Source of the DNA: an uncultured Sutterella sp.
Lineage (GTDB): Bacteria > Pseudomonadota > Gammaproteobacteria > Burkholderiales > Burkholderiaceae_F
Length of the DNA stretch: 64,000 bases
Assembly (NCBI GenBank): GCA_900546995.1
Contig: URFF01000002.1
Location: 1,237 to 65,236 of the forward strand
Reading direction: 5' to 3'
This document shows positions 61,605 through 64,000 of the stretch, in pieces. The stretch's first letter is position 1. Each line of letters begins with the position of its first letter. The notes below the pieces were generated by a model. It made no database searches, was not told the DNA's origin, and saw nothing but the letters and a program-made list of their open reading frames with translations. Position numbers and translations under genes: made by a program.

Positions 61605-64000
61605 ATGTCTGAAGAAATTCGAATTCGCGGTGCGCGAACCCATAATTTAAAAAATATTGACCTGGATATTCCTCGTGGCAAGCTCGTCGTGATTACTGGC
61701 TTATCAGGATCCGGGAAAAGCTCTTTGGCCTTTGACACGTTATATGCCGAGGGACAGCGCCGCTATGTGGAAAGCTTATCAGCTTATGCCAGACAGTTTT
61801 TGGATTTGATGGAGCGGCCCGATGTTGATTTGATTGAGGGATTGTCTCCTGCGATTGCCATAGAACAAAAGTCAGGGAACCCGAACCCTCGCTCAACCGT
61901 CGGTACGATTACAGAAATCATGGACTACTTGCGGCTTTTATTTGCCCGAGTTGGCGTTCCCTATTGCCCGATTCATCATTTGCCGTTGGTTGCGACACCC
62001 GTTTCCGAGATGGTGGATCAAACGCTCGCGCGTCCGCAACTAAGCAAAATCATGGTGCTTGCCCCGTTACTGAGGGAGCAATCAGTGCCAGACTTCAATT
62101 TTTTCATTGATCTTCAAACACAAGGCTTCATTCGTTTTCGTATTGACGGTGAAATCTACGAGGCAGCGGATTTGCCCGAAATCGATCGAATGCCACATGA
62201 CGTTGATGTGATTGTCGATAGGCTGCGAGTCAGAGCCGATGCGAAGCAACGTTTAGCCGAAAGTTTGGAAACCGCGTTGCGCTTAACCGGTGGTCGGGTG
62301 GTGGTTGAAGATATGCAGTCGGGCGAGGCCCAGGCTTTTTCGAGCTACTACTGTTGCCCTGAATGTGGCTTTAGCGTAACGGAATTAGAGCCGCGACTGT
62401 TTTCCTTTAATAATCCCAAAGGCGCGTGTCCTGATTGCGGAGGACTTGGGGAAAAAATGGTGTTTACTGAAGAAAGCGTGGTCAGACACCCAGAGCTCTC
62501 GCTAAGCTCAGGCGCCATTCATGGTTGGGATCGGCGAAATCTCTATAACTTTGATCTGATCGAGGCGGTGGCAAAAGCGTTGCAATTTAGTGTTGACACA
62601 CCCTGGAATCAATTAAAGCCTGAGCAACGTCACGCCTTACTTTTCGGCTTAGGGGAGAAAATGATCGATATGCCCTATCGCCGAAATGGAGAATTGCATT
62701 GGCAAAAGGGACCGTTTGAAGGGGTTATCGCTATTTTGGAGAGACGTTTTTCTGAAACAAAAAGTGAAACCGTTAAAGAGGAACTCAATCGTTACCGGGT
62801 TTTAAAACCTTGTCCGACTTGCCACGGGACCCGTTTGACGCAAGCGGCACGCCACGTTTTTATCGGTGAAGGTGAACAGAAAAAAGCCATCTATGAAATC
62901 AGCGCTATGTCGCTAGAGCAAGCGAAGGAGTATTTCGAGCAACTGCAGATTAAGGGGACCCGAAGCGAGGTGGCAAGAAAACTCATTGACGGGATTGCCC
63001 AGCGATTGCAATTTCTCAATGATGTCGGTCTTGGATACCTGTGTTTGGATCGCCGAGCCGATACATTGTCCGGTGGTGAAGCGCAGCGAATTCGACTGGC
63101 TAGTCAGATCGGATCAGGTTTAACCGGTGTGATGTACGTGCTTGATGAGCCCTCCATCGGATTGCACCAGTGCGATAACGATAAGCTCATTGAAACAATG
63201 AAGCGACTTCGGGATTTGGGAAATTCCGTGATTGTGGTTGAGCACGATGAGGATACCATTCGCGCTGCCGATTTCGTGGTCGATATGGGGCCCGGAGCCG
63301 GTGAGTTAGGCGGACGGGTTGTCGCAGCCGGAAGTCCGACTGAAATTGAAGCGTCCGGCTCTTTGACCGGTCTTTACTTAAGCGGAAAAAAGACGATCGA
63401 GATTGATAAAAAACGTCGCAAATCGGAGCATTTTTTGCGTGTGATCGGCGCACACGGTCATAACCTAAAGAATGTGACTTTGGAGATTCCCCAGGGGCTT
63501 GTGACGGTGGTGACAGGGGTTTCTGGCTCTGGGAAATCGACCTTGATTAACGATACGCTTTATCGGATTGCCGCCAAAACGTTTTATCGGGCAAGCGCTG
63601 AACCCGAACCCTATGACAGTGTTGAGGGATTGGAGCTTTTTGATAAAGTCGTGAATGTGGATCAAAGCCCCATCGGTCGATCACCGCGCTCAAACCCGGC
63701 AACTTATACGGGGCTTTTCACGCCGATACGGGAAATTTTTGCTCAGACGCCGACCGCTCGCGAGCGGGGTTACGACGCGGGGCGTTTTAGTTTCAACGTC
63801 CGAGGCGGTCGCTGTGAGGCCTGTCAGGGGGATGGTTTTATTCGGGTCGAAATGAACTTCTTACCGGATATGTATGTCCCCTGTGAGGTCTGTCATGGTA
63901 AGCGCTACAACCGAGAAACGCTTGAAGTCCTCTATAAGGGGCTTAACATTTCTCAGGTTTTGGATTTGACTGTTGATGAGGCGGCAGAGCTTTTCTCGGC
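61605..64000 (+). CDS. uvrA: Excinuclease ABC subunit UvrA, partial (runs off window)
   Basis: [56 protein letters not shown]; frame spot-checked only. Confidence 0.95.
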   Translation, partial: MSEEIRIRGARTHNLKNIDLDIPRGKLVVITGLSGSGKSSLAFDTLYAEGQRRYVESLSAYARQFLDLMERPDVDLIEGLSPAIAIEQKSGNPNPRSTVGTITEIMDYLRLLFARVGVPYCPIHHLPLVATPVSEMVDQTLARPQLSKIMVLAPLLREQSVPDFNFFIDLQTQGFIRFRIDGEIYEAADLPEIDRMPHDVDVIVDRLRVRADAKQRLAESLETALRLTGGRVVVEDMQSGEAQAFSSYYCCPECGFSVTELEPRLFSFNNPKGACPDCGGLGEKMVFTEESVVRHPELSLSSGAIHGWDRRNLYNFDLIEAVAKALQFSVDTPWNQLKPEQRHALLFGLGEKMIDMPYRRNGELHWQKGPFEGVIAILERRFSETKSETVKEELNRYRVLKPCPTCHGTRLTQAARHVFIGEGEQKKAIYEISAMSLEQAKEYFEQLQIKGTRSEVARKLIDGIAQRLQFLNDVGLGYLCLDRRADTLSGGEAQRIRLASQIGSGLTGVMYVLDEPSIGLHQCDNDKLIETMKRLRDLGNSVIVVEHDEDTIRAADFVVDMGPGAGELGGRVVAAGSPTEIEASGSLTGLYLSGKKTIEIDKKRRKSEHFLRVIGAHGHNLKNVTLEIPQGLVTVVTGVSGSGKSTLINDTLYRIAAKTFYRASAEPEPYDSVEGLELFDKVVNVDQSPIGRSPRSNPATYTGLFTPIREIFAQTPTARERGYDAGRFSFNVRGGRCEACQGDGFIRVEMNFLPDMYVPCEVCHGKRYNRETLEVLYKGLNISQVLDLTVDEAAELFS

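Noticed and set aside
62038..62046. Apparent TAA inside uvrA
   Set aside because: Out of frame (CAA CTA AGC); uvrA is missing from the ORF track most likely because it runs off the window

Overview
Core chromosomal region of a betaproteobacterium. Gene content and protein sequences suggest a Sutterellaceae-like gut organism; this taxonomy is inferred, not searched. It holds about 57 coding genes and tRNA-Gln(TTG), mostly housekeeping blocks: cobW-dksA, gpmA-envC-ctpA, secB, rsmD-coaD-ppx-ftsEX-rpoH-trmL, ftsY, ychF/pth/rplY/prs/ispE/lolB, kdsD-kdsC-lptCAB-ptsN-rapZ, aspS, ssb and uvrA. I saw no CRISPR array, IS element, integrase or prophage. The best candidate for an undescribed system lies at 58.7-60.6 kb. 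There an atypical cytosine-deaminase-like amidohydrolase and a variant orotate phosphoribosyltransferase sit behind an unannotated 30-codon leader ORF whose stop codon falls in an intrinsic terminator, resembling a pyrL-type attenuator or a riboswitch. Other points of interest: a CpxR-like regulator with a degenerate Cys-rich receiver facing a MacAB-TolC-type operon, a frameshifted MFS gene, an mtnA-aldolase pair (possible DHAP shunt), a NarX with a degenerate P-box, a stand-alone FtsK ATPase domain, and a structured leader upstream of ssb.
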